NCBI GenBank assembly: GCA_963665095.1
Contig: OY762069.1
Location: 4,832,001-4,896,000, forward strand
From: an uncultured Desulfobacter sp.
GTDB taxonomy: Bacteria > Desulfobacterota > Desulfobacteria > Desulfobacterales > Desulfobacteraceae
Reading direction: 5' to 3'
DNA: 64,000 bases
Shown one piece after another: positions 61,522 to 64,000 of the stretch (its first letter is position 1; each line of letters starts with the position of its first letter). A model generated the notes under the pieces. That model worked only from the letters and a program-made list of their open reading frames with translations, was not told where the DNA came from and did not search any database. A program made the position numbers and the translations under genes.

Positions 61522-63732
61522 GTGACCGCTTCTGTTGACAGTGTAAAAGAAAAAATCCTTATCGTGGATGACACGCCTGCCAATATTGATGTGCTGGGGG
61601 GCATTCTTGCCCAAGAGTATGACATCAGTGTGGCCATCAGCGGCCATATGGCACTGGATATTGTTTACTCCGGAGACGCACCGGATCTGATCCTGCTGGA
61701 CATCATGATGCCGGAAATGGACGGCTACGAGGTGGCAAGGCTTCTGAAATCCAACCAGGCCACCAGCCACATCCCCATTATTTTTGTCACGGCAAAAATC
61801 GATGATGCAGATGAGGCCGTGGGGTTTGAGGCAGGCGCCGTGGATTATATCAGGAAGCCGGTAAATGCCCCTATCACCCTTGCACGAATCAAATCCCAGC
61901 TTGAGTTGAAACGCTATCGTGACCGGCTCACCCATATGGTGGAAAAGAAAACAGACCAGGTAAAACACTCGGAAAAAGCCCTGGCAGAAGAACAGCAGAA
62001 ACTGACCCAGGTGCAGGGGGATCTTAGGGACAAGTCCGAGCAGGCCCATAAAAATCAGGTCTATTTCAGAGAGCTGTTCATGAATTCTCCCTACGGTATT
62101 GTTTTGATCGGCCTGGACAAAAAGGTGCTTAACAGCAACAGAAGCTTTTTTGACCTGTTTGGATATTCCCGTTCAGACCTTGTTTATAATGAATTCCCGG
62201 CAAGCATGCTTGATGCCCGGTCCCAGGAAAAAATCAAAACTCTGGTGCAGCAGGCGCTGGAGGGGCGAACCGGAAAAACAGAGACCGGGTGCCGCCACAA
62301 GAACGGGTATGACATCCAGGTGTCTGCCCTTGCCTATCCGGTGAAAATTGACGGGGCTGTTCAGGGGGTGTTTGTCTTTTACGAAGACATTACCCAGCGC
62401 AAACTGTTTGAACAGAAACTGCATCACCAGGCCTATCACGATGCCCTCACCGGCATTGCCAACCGGCGCTATTTTACCGAACAGCTTGACACCCTTCTGG
62501 ATATGCAGAAAAAAAGACCTGGGTTCAGGTTTTCCGTTCTTCTTATTGATCTGGACCGGTTTAAGAATGTCAACGACTCCCTGGGGCACCAGGCCGGCGA
62601 CCAGCTTTTGAAACTGGTGGCTGAAAAAATTAAATATTGCCTGCGGATCAACGATATTCTGGCACGGCTGGGCGGGGACGAGTTTGCCATTTTGCTGTCT
62701 GATATGGAGTCCCATGAGCAGATTGCAGTCATTGCCGAACGGATTACCAGGGCTGCTGCCTCCCCGTTTATGATCAGCGGTCAGGAGGTGCGGATCTCCG
62801 CAAGCATCGGAGTGGTCACCCAGACACAGGCGTATGATACAGCTGATAATCTGATCCGGGATGCCGATCTTGCCATGTACCATGCCAAGGATTCAGGCAA
62901 GGCCCAGTTCCAGTTTTTTTCCAGCCGGATGCACGAAACTGCGTTAACTTCACTTGCCATTGAGACCGAGCTGAGAAAGGCCATTGAACACCGGGAGCTG
63001 GTTTTATATTTTCAGCCCATCATCAATATCGCAGCCGATACCCTGGAAGGGTTTGAGGCCCTCATCCGCTGGCACCATCCTGTCCGGGGAGTGGTGCCTC
63101 CGGATCAGTTCATCCCCATTGCAGAGGAGACCGGCCTGATTCTGCCCATGGGGGACTGGATCATTCAGGAGGGGTGCCGGAAACTGGCCCTGTTGAAAAA
63201 AAAGACCGGACAAAAGTTATCCATGAATCTGAATGTCTCCGTAAAACAGTTTTTGCAGAATGATTTTGTTGACAAGCTGAAATGTGAACTCTTAAAAGCA
63301 AAACTTTGTCCTGGAGACATCAAGCTTGAGTTCACGGAATCCCTTTTAATGGAGCATACGGAGGAGGCCGTAAAAAAGCTCTTCGCCCTGCGCGATCTCG
63401 GTATCAAGCTGGCCATTGATGATTTCGGCACAGGCTATTCATCCCTGTCCTATCTGCAGCAGTTCCCCATTGACCAGATCAAGATCGACCGCTCCTTTAT
63501 CAATGCTATGGACCAGAAAGAGGAGAGCCGGGAAATCGTCAGATCCATCCTGACCCTGGCCAACTCCCTGGAGATGTCCACTGTGGCCGAAGGCGTGGAA
63601 ACCCAGTCCCAGCTGGATGGCCTCTCACATCTTTCCTGCGCTAGCGGCCAGGGCTATTTCATTGCCAGACCCATGCCCTGGGAGGATCTGGATGATTTTA
63701 TTGCCCGGTACCCAAATAACCCCCAGGCGTAG
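61522..63732 (+). CDS. REC-PAS-GGDEF-EAL response regulator (c-di-GMP turnover)
   Basis: LIVDD, LLDIMMP, RxxD (RIND) before GGDEF, EAL, DDFGTGYSS. Confidence 0.95.
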   Translation: MTASVDSVKEKILIVDDTPANIDVLGGILAQEYDISVAISGHMALDIVYSGDAPDLILLDIMMPEMDGYEVARLLKSNQATSHIPIIFVTAKIDDADEAVGFEAGAVDYIRKPVNAPITLARIKSQLELKRYRDRLTHMVEKKTDQVKHSEKALAEEQQKLTQVQGDLRDKSEQAHKNQVYFRELFMNSPYGIVLIGLDKKVLNSNRSFFDLFGYSRSDLVYNEFPASMLDARSQEKIKTLVQQALEGRTGKTETGCRHKNGYDIQVSALAYPVKIDGAVQGVFVFYEDITQRKLFEQKLHHQAYHDALTGIANRRYFTEQLDTLLDMQKKRPGFRFSVLLIDLDRFKNVNDSLGHQAGDQLLKLVAEKIKYCLRINDILARLGGDEFAILLSDMESHEQIAVIAERITRAAASPFMISGQEVRISASIGVVTQTQAYDTADNLIRDADLAMYHAKDSGKAQFQFFSSRMHETALTSLAIETELRKAIEHRELVLYFQPIINIAADTLEGFEALIRWHHPVRGVVPPDQFIPIAEETGLILPMGDWIIQEGCRKLALLKKKTGQKLSMNLNVSVKQFLQNDFVDKLKCELLKAKLCPGDIKLEFTESLLMEHTEEAVKKLFALRDLGIKLAIDDFGTGYSSLSYLQQFPIDQIKIDRSFINAMDQKEESREIVRSILTLANSLEMSTVAEGVETQSQLDGLSHLSCASGQGYFIARPMPWEDLDDFIARYPNNPQA

Positions 63733-64000
63733 AATGGGTGACCCCATATTTGAAAAGGTAGTACTTGTGCATGAGCCAGGCTTCGTATCCGTTCAGGCTT
63801 TTGGCGCCGCCGATGAGCTGGCCTTCAATATAGGTTTTACAGGCTTTTTCAAGGACCAGGGCAGCGATGATGGCCTCTTCCATGGTGCGGCCCAGGGTGA
63901 CGGCGCCGTGGTTTGCCATGAAGGCGGCAAAACGGCCTTTCAGGGCTTTGGTGGTGGCTTTAACAATTTTTTTGGTGTTGGGCAGGCCATAGTCGGCGCA
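63698..64000 (-). CDS. Class II aldolase/adducin family protein, C-terminal part (5' truncated)
   Basis: Frame open from the window edge: ADYGLPNT...FMANHGAVTLG..MEEA...LEKAC. Confidence 0.75.
   Translation of the reverse strand, partial: CADYGLPNTKKIVKATTKALKGRFAAFMANHGAVTLGRTMEEAIIAALVLEKACKTYIEGQLIGGAKSLNGYEAWLMHKYYLFKYGVTHSTPGGYLGTGQ

Overview
Bacterial chromosomal segment. Gene content suggests a sulfate-reducing deltaproteobacterium of the Desulfobacteraceae type (inference only). In order: two FecCD/BtuCD-type ABC importer sets with two SAM methyltransferases, a radical SAM enzyme and a hypothetical protein, interrupted by a hipBA-like toxin-antitoxin pair; a convergent group II Mo-nitrogenase cluster (nifH-I1-I2-D-K-E-N-B-fdx-V); a GNAT gene and a Nif11-domain peptide gene; a metallophosphoesterase plus a ParB/Srx-AsnC protein; a three-gene split glutamate synthase; an MCP; a flavodoxin; dapL, two moeA, dksA, an OmpA lipoprotein, uppP, PMM/PGM, a UvrD helicase, an MFS transporter, a K+ channel and a crotonase; a TauE exporter divergent from a multiheme cytochrome plus rhodanese; sensor and binding proteins; a periplasmic [NiFe] hydrogenase operon; a hybrid kinase with a GGDEF-EAL regulator; and a partial class II aldolase. 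The top finding is that two ORFs (49275..49565 and 49584..50699) form one reading frame joined by an in-frame TGA (GEG-U-GG) followed by a SECIS-like hairpin. This predicts a secreted 11-heme selenoprotein cytochrome c beside a secreted rhodanese and a TauE exporter. Also notable are a structured repeat with compensatory base changes behind two radical SAM genes, REP-like palindromes, three matching sigma54 promoters and four regularly spaced hipBA operator candidates. No rRNA, tRNA, CRISPR array or transposase was recognised.
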